A stretch of 64,000 nucleotides of DNA, taken from NCBI GenBank assembly GCA_051313645.2, contig JBNRSN020000025.1, forward strand, positions 28,334,001-28,398,000, written 5' to 3'. The notes beneath the pieces are model-generated. The model had not been told where the DNA came from, made no database searches, and saw nothing but the letters and a program-made list of their open reading frames with translations. A program made the position numbers and the translations under genes. This DNA is from Centroscyllium fabricii. Lineage: Eukaryota. Of the stretch, positions 38,521-51,588 are shown one piece after another (positions within the stretch are counted from its first letter, which is position 1; the number at the start of each line of letters is the position of its first letter).

Positions 38521-39512
38521 CATCTTACTTATCTAAGGAAGATTCGTACTTCAAAAAATACACTTAATTTACAAATTACATCACTCTTTCAAAGCTCCTA
38601 ACACTTTAATTAGCACGAGCTAACACAGCAGATTGATGCAACAACACTCTAAGCAGAATATTTAGATGAGGTCAGTGTTGTATTAAAATAAATGAATATA
38701 TTGGAAAAAATTGATTAGAAGTATGATTTCGGTAATTGATCTACTTTAACTGTGAACTTTAGACACAGTGGAATTGTAGACTTAACTGAATTTGGACTGT
38801 ACATTAAATATTATACTTGCTTTATCGGAGTCCGGTATGAGGACTCCTTTTAAGAGGAGTTATTGCTAGAAATTGCTTGATTTTCACTGTTTGTTCTCTG
38901 GGTTTTTACCAGATTTTGCAAAGCTCATAGTAAATATAGAAGGAGCCAGTAAAGAAAAAAGTTGGTCATGACTGTCGACCTAAGCAAAGAAAGGGGCGGA
39001 GCAAATTATGAAAGCTCTCTATGACAAAGGGTACCCTTGTCCTGTTTTGAAACTGCTTTCAAGACGTGCGGTGGTGTCTAATTGGTGAAGCCCAGCTCAG
39101 CAATGAGGCCTCTGTCTGCTCAGGGTAAAAGCAACACTGTTGACAGCACAACACCTGGCCGTACTCCAGAATCAGTTCTGGCCTTGGAAATGGGAGCACA
39201 TTTTATCACTTGGTTTTCTGCTGCATCATAGGTATTTGAGCCTTGCGAATGGCTTGTGATTATTCCTCAATGCCAAGTGGCTCCTAGAGTTCAAGTGTAG
39301 AACAGAATGTACAAAGCAACAATCAATATACTCGGTAATCACCCAATACTGGGGGAAGGAGTGGTGGTGTTTTTGTAGGTTATAGTGAACTTTGTAACAT
39401 GACCCTGCTGTTTATCAGTGATGTGCTTGTAAATATTCCACAAATCTGGCAGGAAAATACAAAAAGAATTGTATTTTTACACACTGGCTAGAAAATGAAG
39501 TGAAAAGTAGTC

Positions 39513-39925
39513 CAGGTACACAATCCCTTATCCGCAACTCCAAGAACTGAAGAGCTCCAAAAACCGAAGTCCAGGGTTGCGCCAACAAACGATTTTTTTT
39601 CTTAAATAAATTGAAGCTGCAGCAGAAAAAACACGTTCCTACCCCGATCTCGTGCTGTTGATGCCGTGCTGAGGAAAAAAACGGCCGATCTCCCCCTGCA
39701 AACGGCCGACCCCCCCACTCCAAACGGCCGATTCTCCGCTCTAAATGGCCGATCCCCCGCTCTAAACGGCCGATATGTCGTTCCCCAACTGCGAGCTGGG
39801 CCGCAAACACGGAAATACGCATGCAATCTGCGCATGCGCACTGGGGCCAACTCTAAAAACCGTATTTATCCGAAAACCGAAACCCGCCCGGTCCCATGGT
39901 TTTCGGATAAAGGGTTGTGCACTTG
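39513..39925. mobile_element. Tc1/mariner (Tigger-like) MITE
   Basis: TIR CAGGTACACAATCCCTTATCCG / CGGATAAAGGGTTGTGCACTTG followed by TA. Confidence 0.75.
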
Positions 39926-42280
39926 TATTAAAAATTTATATTCTAGTTTTCTGTGAGGATTGGAGAGAGGTAAAAATATTTTTTTGTTGTTGGCTATATG
40001 ATATTTGCACCAAATTTCTTTATGTTTTTTCTATTTTTTATAGGTTTATGTGTATTTTGGCCAGGACTGTCGCTTTTCATTTAAAATCCACATGTATAAA
40101 TCACCTTGGTTTTGGCTGTTTAAGTGTAAAATAGAAAGTACCCTGTAGTGGAAATTCTGCAGAGGGCTTGACTAAAAACCACCATTTCAAAAAAAATCCA
40201 GTTTTCAAAATGGTGGAGTGACTAAAGCCTAATATTGTGATTAAAAATACAATTCGCTTTATTCGCAGGCTTCATTTGGAACATTAATAAATAGTGGCTT
40301 TCAATAATGTCTTGTATTGAAATATTCCATATAGTAGTAGCAATGGTTACTGAATATTTTTATGATATTTGTTTTCTGTTGTTTACAATTTAACAATGGA
40401 TGCCAGAAAGAATACCCAGTGCATCATCTTAAAAACGTTTTTGGATTTTGTTTGATTTTTATTGCTTCCCCTGAAAGGAGCTCTCCCTCACTTAAAAAAA
40501 AATACTACACTGACCAGATAAATACAGATGTGGAAGAGGGAAAAAAAAGACAGTCTAAGATCCTAGAATTCCCTAAACCTCCTGGCAGCCTAAGGCTTAA
40601 GCACTTGAAAAGAAATTCTTTAAAACTAAAAATTGTATAATATTTTGAAATTACAATTTGTGAAATTAAGTCTCTTACTCTTCTAGAAAATTACAATCCA
40701 CATCTTAAAATTAACCTCTTAATCATAAACTTTATATACTAAGTCTGGATGATCAGCCTATACAGGTACAATATTGTGTGTCTTTACACTGCTCACCATG
40801 TGCAGGAAATCATGGGTGATGGCAAACCAATCAGGCTTCTATCCCATGGGAGCCAAGAGGTCAACTGTCCATTAGCTTTCAGTGGAGATTAGAGGTCTTC
40901 AGAGATCAAAGATATGGGTCAGGGTTGGATAGCAAGTCTTTAATTAAATTACTTTGCAGTGCCAAAAGCAAAACTCCTAAAAGGACTTCATGAATTATGT
41001 TGTTCCGTCTGTGAATTTTGATAGTACAGGGTACTTCCTTCAGGGTCTTAATAACAAAATCTAGAGGACAATATTAGGTTGGGAATTCCCTGTGAAGTGC
41101 CCCTACCTGTTTATTACCTGTTGTTTTAAGGGCTGGCTCTGTGTAAACTATGATTTAAAAAAAGAATACTATACAGAATCATTTGCTCTTGAATTTTTAA
41201 AAGCTGTACAGATACAAAGACACCAAAGTCAGTATTAACGGCCTCAACATATAGTCGATAGACTTACTGCCCTGTTGACACTAACGCTCTGGCTACCGCC
41301 ATTTTTGCTGAGTGGCTGCCTGATTCAGGTGGTAGATCCCTTTTAATATGTATCTGAGTTCTATGACGAGCTAGTTTAGGACAGAACATGTCAGAGTGTG
41401 CTTTACCAATTTTACTGTCAGTACAGCTGAAAAGGCCTCAAAAACGTATGTTTTAAATGATTTTTGTTGTGGCCAAGAGGAGGAGGAGTGTTCTCTTGGC
41501 CCCACAAAAATAACCTGGGCCACTGCCATCCCGCGCTTTCACCCCATCGCAATCACAACCCCTTTCCAAAACCCATCTTGCCGCCGACTGGGTAGCCTCC
41601 TAGACGCCTGCTATTGCACCGGCCCAGTTCATCGTGCTCCACTGGAGCGCCCACAGCACTCTACCAGTTGTGCTGTCCAAAAGTTAAACTACCCCAAAGT
41701 GTGTTGTACTTATGGCATGATTCCTCACTAAGAAAATAGATGTGGGTTTTGTTATGTCAGGTTTTCTTTTGCATGAGGTTGTTGGGGGATGGGGTGGATG
41801 GGAGGTCATGGTGTGCATAAATTGCACCATGACAGCATGGGACAAGCTCGATAGACCAGCTGGTCTTTCCTTGTCATTAATTTTTGCATGTTTGTATGAT
41901 TGAATAGCCTGCTGATACTTGCTACCTAGATTCACCCATAAAGAATGGTCACATGGATGAGGTATTAAAAGGCGATGGGTACTCATGGAACCCATACACC
42001 AGTGGAAATCGACACCATCAGGAGAGGATAAGAGAGAAAATGGGCAAAAAAATAAAGCTTTCAATTTATCAAAGAGCCTCCTTCACAACTAATTTAAATT
42101 CATTGAGATTTAATCTGTCTCAGGATGCCAGACAATAGGGATTTCCCAGCCTGATAAAGATGGTAATGATCACTGTCTTAAATGCACAAGCTCTGTTGTT
42201 CTATGTTTTCTACATGTAAACATTTCCTGTTTATTGCATTTGGTCAACTTGGACTAAAGATTTTATTACTATGTCTAGCA

Positions 42281-42623
42281 CAGCGGTCCCCAACCTTTTT
42301 TGCACCACGGACCAGTTTCAGCCAGGACAATTTTTCCACGGACTGGGGGGGAAGAATTAACTTGTGGGCTTAATTCGATCAGGTCCCGTTCCACTGTCCA
42401 TCCCGCCCCCTACAGCACTTAACCGTAATTAAAGCTGCTTTTGTCAGGGATCGGGGAGCTTCCTGTTCCTGGCTCTTGGTCACAAGCCACATTCCAGTAT
42501 CTCTCCAGCTTCACTCCCAAGGCGCGGGAGACTTTCGGCCGTTTTGTGGTGCCGTCGGGCGGCCCGGCACCAAATGATCCACGGCCCGGTACCGGGCCGC
42601 GGCCCGGTGGTTGGGGACCGCTG
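42281..42623 (+). mobile_element. hAT/Charlie-like MITE
   Basis: Perfect TIR CAGCGGTCCCCAACC; 8-bp TSD GTCTAGCA. Confidence 0.93.
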
Positions 42624-42877
42624 GTCTAGCACATGCAGACACTGAGGAATAGGCCCCTTCAATATAGCGGCTTTGAGTTTCTGCTTTGGGCACAATCAGT
42701 GATCGGGGTGCAAATTGCGCTAGTTTTGAGAAGCGTTTTTCCCTGCTCAAACTCATTTGCATAGCGCCGAATTTAAAATCTACCAAGAAACCAGCGCAAT
42801 AGGCAGAGTTTTAGAATGTAATAAAAAAAAAAAAATCTGCTCTTAAAAAAAATTCCGTGATATATTTAAGGGTGATA

Positions 42878-43888
42878 CAATAGCAAAATACTGCGGATGC
42901 TGGAAATCTGAAATAACAACAGAAAACGCTGGAAAAAACTCAGCAGGCCAGGCAGCATCAGTGGAGAGAGAAACAGAGTTAACGGGGGGGGTTTCATGTC
43001 CCCGTGAGGCGGGGTTTTCGGCAGCCCGGCCGGCAAAATAGCGGAACCGGCGGGTCCCGACCCTCCCCCCTGCCGTATCCCTGCCGCTTTCTCATTTTTG
43101 CCCGCCCAGATTCCCCGCCCTGAAACCTTCCCGCCGCCGGCCGGCGAGGATGGGTTATCACCTCATTAAGGGTCCTCAGTTGGCATCTTTAATGCCATTT
43201 TAAGGGCCCTCAGCCATTTTGCCCTGTTTCCTGCCCTAACCCCGTCACCGTAAACCCCGCTGGGTGAAACCCAGCGGGAGCACAGTGCTGGTTATTACTT
43301 TCTCCTTCAAGGTGTGAAGGACATGCTGCCAAATGCTTGGCATGCCTCCAGCACCTTAGAGGAGTAAGTTACTCTGTGCTAGCTGCAGCAGCTGTGAGCA
43401 GAAACTCCACTCTGCACATTTGCTCACAGCTGGTGTGAGCTGTCAAGGATTCTGAGCCCGCCCGCCCACCTGTCAGTCACCAGCACTTGACCGTTCCCAT
43501 TTGTTCCACTCAACTGTGATGCCACAGTGGAGTGTTTCCATGGGAACTGTCAACAACCAGTGCTGGAACTGTCAATCAAACTCCTCGCAGCCCCGATGCA
43601 GCCTGATTCGATTGACTTAATTACCTCCCGCTGCCGCCGGCGGGGATTTAACAACCCAATTAAATTAAAATTGCGTGGCCTTCCCAGCTGTTTGGGCGGG
43701 CGGGACAGGAAGCCGCCCCAACCAATCCCCGCCAGGTTCCCGCCCTTCCGGCAAAGTCCCCCCCCAACGTTTCAGGCTGAAGATCTTTTGTCTGACAAAA
43801 GGTCTTCGACCTGAAACGTTAACTCTCTTTCTCTCTCCGCGGATGCTGCCTGGCCTGCTGAGCTTTTCCAGCGTTTTTGTTGTTATTT
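42878..43888. mobile_element. Penelope-like P2 inverted repeat with a degenerate hammerhead (43792-43823), interrupted by a family A MITE
   Basis: Arms rejoin as ACAGAGTTAACGTTTCAGG...CTGACAAAAGGTCTTCGACCTGAAACGTTAACTCT. Confidence 0.75.
42984..43765 (+). mobile_element. Harbinger-like MITE, family A
   Basis: G-rich/C-rich TIRs, TSD AAC defined by the host repeat. Confidence 0.88.
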
Positions 43889-45639
43889 AAGAGCGGTAAC
43901 TTGGTGCAGTTTGATTAATACAGCTGCAAATGGGTTTATCACAAAAAATAAGCATTTTTAATCAGAGTGTCTAGAGAACGACCTGTGAGTAACTTGGTTT
44001 TAAATAACTGAAAATGACTTTAAAAAGAAACTATACATAACCATTTGCCGTACAGTAATCAATTTCTTAGTAAATAATTAAAAAAATCTTCTCAAGCTTT
44101 TAAAACGTGCCAATTAGCATTCTTGCACCTAAAATGCTTAATCTTAAGAACCTCCTCAAAGGCCTGCAAACAGGCACAATTAGTGGAAACTCACAATGGT
44201 AATTAATTTGATCTGGAGGTGTACCCAGCCTTGTGGGCGGGGCTAGCTTCTGGGCGGGGCTAGCTTCTGGCACGACATTTTATAAGCTAGCGCAAAAGAT
44301 CATGTAAACGCCATTTCCGTTAACTGCAGCCGACTGTCTTCACACCTGTACATTGTTGGTTTTGGACAATCTGTTTATGATCAGTGTTAAAAATGTGACA
44401 AGTTGCACTTTTCCCTGTGTGTTGAATGATAAAATTTAAAACCACAGCAGAAAAATTGCAGACATTGCTTTTTTGGTAATTAGAACAGTGATTAATTTGG
44501 TAAAAATAGTTACTTTTGTTGAGATTTATTTATATTGTATTCGCAACAGTACCAATCACAAAACAAATCGGAGATGACCATTGGGCCGAATGGTCTGCTT
44601 CTGCGCTGTAAATATTTGTAATTCTACGTTTAAAAAAAAGTTTAGTAACTTCAAGATCACATTCAAGATACATAACTGTGAACATATATACCTATAGTTC
44701 AAATAAAGTGCAGACATCAGACCAAATTTGTTAAGTTACATCCTGTTATTTAACATTTTTCAGCTGCTGTGCAAGCTTTTTTTGTGGAATCCTTATTTAA
44801 CAGTTTTGCAAATACAAGAAGATGTGTTGTTTATCTTACTGTGTCACATTTTAGCAAGTCTCTGTCCAGAGGGATAATATCTACAATAGGTCTGCACTTT
44901 GAATTCCTTAGTGAAAGTCAAGTGAACTTCCTTTTTATAAACACATTGATTTTTTCTTTTAGATAATAAAAGTGAACTATAGTATAATTTCTGTTGTATC
45001 ATAATTCGGCTCTTGAATAGAAGAGCCACAAAGAACCAAAATGCAGCTTTTTGTCTCAATCCTAACGATGCTTTAGGATTAATGAAGCAAATTAGGCAAC
45101 TGCCAATCAGTGCATACTACTGTGACAGTATCAACTTAATCTGCTTTGGAATGGTCTCTCACCAAGGGACTACAGCCATGCTTATAATTCTTGAGTCACC
45201 AATGCGGTGTTACAACAGTGAAGACGGAGGTTTAAAAATAAAATAAAGGTAGAATATTTTGTGGTGTAGCAGTAAATAAAAGCGGACATCAGCCATTTAC
45301 TTTACTTCTCGTGGGAGGATGTAATGGTTGAAAAACACTGAAATATTCAGTGCCATGGGGTTTTGAAATCAGCATGTTTAACATCAGTTCAAAAAATGAA
45401 AGTTGAACTATGATACAGCCTAGTTTAACAAGCTACTATTTTATCAAGGGCAAAAACAGGCATTCAAAAACACTACCATTCTAATAATTTAAAACTTGGC
45501 ATTTGTCTTGTAATTAATGGAGCTAATCATGAGATGTCAGAAAAGTTCAGAAATTTTGGTCAGACTACAAATCTAAACAAGAAGTTCATCAGGACTAATA
45601 ACAAGTTCAGTGCAAATTATGAGTCAGTTGAATCAATCA

Positions 45640-45825
45640 ATCAACCAACATCACCGAAACAGATTAACTGGTTATTTATATCTTTGTGGGATCTTGCTGT
45701 GTGAAATTTGGCAGCCACATCTGCTTAAAGAACAACAATGACTACACTGCAAAAATAATTCATTAGCTGTAAAGCACTTTGGGATATCTTGAGGTTGCGA
45801 AAAGAGCTATATAAATGTAATAGTT
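45640..45825 (+). mobile_element. DeuSINE (SacSINE1/AmnSINE1-like) 3' remnant with L2-type tail
   Basis: TCAACCAACATCAC...TTTGTGGGATCTTGCTGTG...GCTGTAAAGCACTTTGGG...GCTATATAAATG recalled as matching the DeuSINE consensus. Confidence 0.7.
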
Positions 45826-47003
45826 TTTCTGAGAAAGTTGGATGTGATACTTGCTAAAATTACCAGCAGGAATAATTTCACCCACAAGGTCACTAAAAGA
45901 TTATTAGTTTGTTAAGCACTGCAGCTTTAAATACAATCAACAAATGTATGGCTCCTCTTATTAACAAAAAATATGAAATTAGGTAAATTTTATGCTCATT
46001 AGAGTAAGGAATGGTAGTGCCAAAGAATAGAGCAATATTTCTTTTTTGCAGTGTCAGGATGTAGAATTCCTGGGTCAAATACAGCATAAGTCACATGCTG
46101 AGCGAACCTCCCTGTTCACTGTGCCTTGACCACATCGTGAGAAGAATGCCCTACTACTGTATGTAACATTACCAGATCCTACACCAGCAATTCCTGTGGC
46201 TTCTCTAAATGAGATTGCCAGTTGTGAACAGTTTTGTGCTATGGATTCATGTCTGGTAGGAACTTTGTTGACGCTATTTCTTTCAGCCGATTTAATTTAG
46301 GGCCTTTATAGCAGGCAGGAGGAAACTCGTCTCATTTGTTTTGGCTGGATTCAAACCTGGATCCTAGAGTTGCTAGGGCAGCATTCTTACCTCCTCACTT
46401 ATTCTTTCAGTTACTAACTGTGTATTTCACTGTTTGTCTAAGGCAGCAATAGAGAATGCTATTAATTTCAGAATTAAGTTATAAGCGAGAACTGTGCTTT
46501 GCCATGTGGCGATACTGGGTAGACAAAATACTATAGTTTACTTTAAAAATTAATTCTTGCGCTCCAACTTCAAGTTTTGTGTCAGATGGCTCTGAAATCA
46601 ACAGAAATTTATAATATTTTCAGAAGTTTATGTCACTTAGATTGATAAAATAACTCATTTTATAGGACTGGTTCTCATTAGACAATAATTTCAGTTGTAA
46701 CTTTACAGTAAAGCAGCTGTGTAATTTGATTAAGCTTACATACAGACAGCATTTTCAACATACATTGAGAAAGGTAATTTTGTCAATGGCAGCGATGGGT
46801 ATTGAGAATGAAATCACCTGCAATTCCTGGTAATAACCATGATTACTGAAGGTGTCTCAGAATGTTATGATCATTTTAATTGTAGATACTTTCAGTTTAT
46901 TAAATATGCAAACGTTGAAAGCAATGCAATATTATTTAAACCACAGCACAGACATTTTAAAGTTTGTTTTGAACCTTGTTCCATTTCCTACTTTCCCCTC
47001 TTG

Positions 47004-47777
47004 GGGGGTATTTTCATGTCCCCGTGAGGCGGGGTTTTGGGCGGCCCGGCCGGCAAAATAGCGGAACTGGCGGGTCCAGCCCCATCCCCGCCGATTTCCC
47101 ATTTTCGGCTGGCCTGTTCCCCTGACCCAAATCTTTCCTGCGGCGGGGATGGCTGATCAGATGATTAAGGGCTCTTAATTGGCATGTGTAATGCCAGTTT
47201 AAGGGAGCTTGGGGATTTTCAGCCCCTCCCCACCCAAACCCCGCCATCCTAAACCCCGCTGGGTGAAACCCAGCGGGAGCACAATGATTTTAAAACTTAC
47301 TCCTTCCAGGTGTTGAAGGCCCTGGAGCTAAATGCTTCCCAGGCCTTCACCACACTGCAGGAGTAAGTCACTCCCTTAGGGCAGCAGCAGCTGTGGGGAA
47401 AAACTTCAAAAACTGCCTTCCCCATCTCCAATGACAGACACTGGCTCTCTGTCAAAAATTTGAAGCCCGCCCGCCCACCTGTCACTCAGCAGCACATGCC
47501 TTTCCCCATTGGTCACACTTCACTGTGAGGTCACAGTGGAGTGTTTCCATGGGAACTGTAAACACACAGTTCCCGCATTTCCCTCAAGGTGCAGTTTCAG
47601 CGCCGTAATTGGCCGCCGGACTGCTACAATTAGCTCAGGCACCCCGCAAGCGGGGATTTAATTGACTAATTAGTTGAAAATAGTGTGGCCTTCCCAGGCC
47701 CTTGGCCGAGCGGGTCAGGGACCTGCCCCGACCAATCCCCGCTAGCTTCCCGCTCGTCCCGCAAAATCACCCCCCCC
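47004..47777 (+). mobile_element. Harbinger-like MITE, family A (diverged subfamily)
   Basis: Same termini; TSD TTG. Confidence 0.85.
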
Positions 47778-48464
47778 TTGTGTGTTCTCCTAGAATCATA
47801 GAATAGTTACAGCACAGAAGGAGGCCATTCAGCCCATCAAGCCTATGCCGGCAATATTCCTCCTTAAATATCGTTTTCTTTCTTGTTTGTAGTTTTCAAA
47901 GAGAGAAAGCTTTTGGTTCCCCCCTCCCCCCCCATTATGTTTTCTGTTGGTCCTTTTCAACGCCATTCTAATGCAGTTTCTCCTGTTAGGTGATTTCCCT
48001 GGACCAGAGAGGCTGAATTTTCTGACTCCGTTCCATGGTTGGAATCAGTTACATTGCTGGTTCACCTGCTAGTAAGTTACATGATGCAAAAAAAGTTTCC
48101 CCCCAAACCCCGAATCTCGTTTTCCAATTTCTCCCTCCTTTGCTGGAGGTGCTAACTGACACTGGGATAGTTTCACAGGTACATTAAGCTGTTTGGTACC
48201 TTGTCCAAATGCCCATTCCTCATGTGTGAGCCCAGAAAGAGAGTGCATGTGAGAGGCATCATAAGCTTTATAGTGCAGCCTGACTTTTGGCCAAACAACT
48301 TAGCTGTGCTCTCTCATTTACTGATGGATAGTGCACCTGCGTTAGGGCTGTTCGGTGGTGCCTGATGATCCTTCCTGATTTCTAATGTTGCTTTGTGGAT
48401 TTCAATCCACAAAGCGAGACGATCTGCTTCAATTAAAATCTGTAAGATCTCCTGATTTAAGACA

Positions 48465-48757
48465 TTTACTATCTGTGCATCATTTCCCTTTTAAGATGAA
48501 CTTTAGCTTGAAATGTTGTGGACATTATTAGGATTGCGTTGTCCTTAGCCCTATGCCTCAACCTCTTTCTAAAACTCAAATAAACTTATTACCGTTGAGA
48601 GAATGCGGTTTTACTATATGTGCACCAATTCCCTTGTAAGATTAACTTTAGTTTGAAATGTTGTGGACATTATTAGGATTGCGTTGTCCTTAGCCCTATG
48701 CCTCAACCTCTGTCTAAAACGCAAATAAACTTATTACCGTTGAGTTAATACGGTTCT
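48465..48757 (+). repeat. 145-bp direct tandem duplication
   Basis: TTGAAATGTTGTGGACATTATTAGGATTGCGTTGTCCTTAGCCC occurs twice 145 bp apart. Confidence 0.92.
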
Positions 48758-50575
48758 AATCAGAAGCTATAAATTTATAGCTTTTTTAGATAGATCGAAG
48801 TAGAACAGTGTCCATGTACTTGCCTTTCCTGATGTTGTTTACCAGTATAATATGCCTTATTACATCCAGAAATTAAATATTCAGAATAAAAGCACACCCG
48901 CTCCCGAGTGTTCTAATCCAGGTTCCAGATTACTGGTCTTATTTGCTCCATTGTAAGTAAATATTGATTCAGCTTTAAAAGCTATTGCTTACTAGACATT
49001 TATCTTAACTCATTTGTACACACAAGTAAACGGGTTAGAATATTCGCTCCTAGAATTCAAGCCCTCACTTATAGCGATGTGGTTGAGTAAACACCTAACA
49101 TTCATGTCACGTGACTTGTGAAAGATAACTATTCAAGTGTGACAAATCAAAGTATACAGTTTTACAAATGTAAAAACAATTACATTAAAGTGTTAAAATG
49201 CACAGAATTGCACAGGCATTTATGAAACCAATATGTTTTGTTTTCCTGTCTGAGGTTTTATTAGCAACAGGATGTGGGCAGTTGAAGGCCACATGGGGGT
49301 CAGAGGAACAAGATTATTACATTGGGTGCATGAGAGGAACCTATTGGTACTGTTTTGATTAGCCCAGGAATGCAATCAGGATTACGCCCTGTTCAAGAAA
49401 AACAGTGGGTAGTTTCTCATAAAATGCAGAAAGATGTGGACATCAGTATTTTTATGTAGCTAGACACTTCCAGATTTTAACTAGTGTGCAATTTACAATT
49501 TGAATACCAGGTTTGTAATCTGATTTTTGGAATTATTGATAGCTACTTAATACATGATAGTTATGAAATGATAAGGGTATGGTTTTTATTTAAGTATATA
49601 CGCTTGGGATCAATTTAACAACATTTTTTTAAAATGCAAAGCATTTTAATGATGCTAAATTAGATGACCAGTGAAGTCAGGAATCTTCTCCATGTTTTGT
49701 TAAGAACTGCATGAGAAAACATTAACCTTTGTGAAGCTAGCTAGGATGGGCATCATGCAGTGTGGTTAAAAGTAATGGGAAAATGTTTTTAATGATGATC
49801 TACTGTAGAGGACCTTTTTAGAATTGCACCGCTTGCCAGCTTCCTTATTGATGAAGTGTGGTGCTCCTAACATGTCGGGAATCTCCTGTGACAGTTTTAT
49901 TTCTTTATAGCCTTTCATGCTTGTCTATTTGAATTATTCTGTTTTTTGTGGTTTGCGCTATATTGTGCAGTCAGATGTGTTTTTCTTAAGTTCCTTAAAA
50001 AAAATCTGTTGGCTTATTTGAGGTAGAGTTCAAAACTTAAAATTCTAATCTACTTTGCTTTATAACATGTTAAGTTGCCGTGTAGTACTTTAAAGACAAA
50101 GGTTAAACAAAATAGTACTGGAAACTAATGGTTACCGAGTATTCCAAAAAAACTCAGTATTTTACGTGCAACTTCTAACCAGTTTGTACAGCCAAGATTG
50201 GATGGGATTGAACCCAGTATGATCATCACCCCAGAACAAAGGTGGCTCTGTGAACCTCCTGAACTGGAATCAAAAGTCATGCCTTTGGCTATAGGTTTCA
50301 TATTAGTATAATAGCAGTATTGTACAACGTGCATGGTTGGAGGCAAAAAAAATTCCATCCACACTTGTGATGCTTTAAATTTACTTATATTTTAAACATG
50401 TGGTGTATTTTAAACATGTGGTATAAGTAGAATATAACTTGGTGTGGTATGGTAAATATATCCGCTCAGCTTCTCTGTTGGCTCAGTTGGAAAATCTACT
50501 GCTTGCTGCGGTACTGAAAAACGCAGAGTAGGAAAATCTCTACCTGATTTGTGCTGAGTTAGCTTATTTCAGCCA

Positions 50576-50798
50576 CTTGTAAGAAGTCACACACCACCAG
50601 GTTATAGTCCAACAGTTTTATTTGAAATCACAAGCTTTCAGAGCGTAGCTCCTTCATCAGGTGTTCCTTCATCATACACCTGATGAAGGAGCTACGCTCC
50701 GAAAGCTTGTGATTTCAAATAAAACTGTTGGACTATAACCTGGTGGTGTGTGACTTCTTACAATTGTCCACCCCAGTCCACCTCCACATCATGGCTAC
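50576..50798. mobile_element. Penelope-like P1 inverted repeat with two back-to-back hammerhead motifs
   Basis: ~85-bp near-perfect inverted arms; TSD TATTTCAGCCA; hammerheads at 50677-50711 (+) and 50629-50663 (-). Confidence 0.82.
50677..50711 (+). ncRNA. Minimal type I hammerhead ribozyme motif
   Basis: CAC-CTGATGA-A-GGAGC-TAC-GCTCC-GAAA-GC-TT-GTG. Confidence 0.7.
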
Positions 50799-51588
50799 TA
50801 TTTCAGCCAGGGTAGCAGTACAGACGCTATAGTTGGGCTCATCACTGCTGGGGCAGGGAGAGAGGAGAAATAAGGCAGGCTACTGTTTTGGATCAGTATA
50901 TCCAGACTAGCTGGATAGTTAACATGTATGGGCATTGAGTGAGGACAAGATTGGGCTCAGGTATGGTATTCCCTTCCCCCCGCCCCTTGCTGAATAGCTT
51001 GCGCTCACACATTCTTTATGCTCACACACGAAGATTGGTTCACTTGGACGAGGCACCAAAGAGCTACTGGAACTGTATCCTAGCTTAAGTGCATGCCTTC
51101 AAGAGGGAAGGGGAAAATGGGGGCCATATGCAAGTATGCTGTAGAAGCAATTTGTTAAAGAAAGAAGGATAACATTGCCACAAATAACTTTTCAAGTTTT
51201 GGCAGTGAGATCTGTGGTTCCTTAGTTTGCCAAACCACTATTCAAACTTAATGCTGCAGTATTCAAAAGGGGACAGTATCCCTTTTGTTAGTTGAAGCTA
51301 GATTTTAAAAATCCTCAAGAATCAAATCAACATAGTTGTATTAAAGTTAAGGTTTGTTAAATAAGCAGTCAACAGACTTTAAACTTCAGTTTGAATTTTG
51401 GTTGGGAAAGTGGCACAACAGACGTATTTTATGGTCAAACTGTTTAAAGATCTTTTTAGTTTTAAATCACAATTGAGTTTTATTGGAACATTACTGTGTC
51501 GAACGACAATGTCATTTTAAAATCGGTTAATCTTTTTCCCTGGTTAGTAATATGACTAGTAAGATAGTAGAATATGGCCTGAAAATAT

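Noticed and set aside
43527-43814. Recurrent 88-95 aa ORF MECFHGNCQQ... in family A copies
   Set aside because: Non-ATG starts within a repeated MITE, not kept in divergent copies, no transposase or Myb motif recognised
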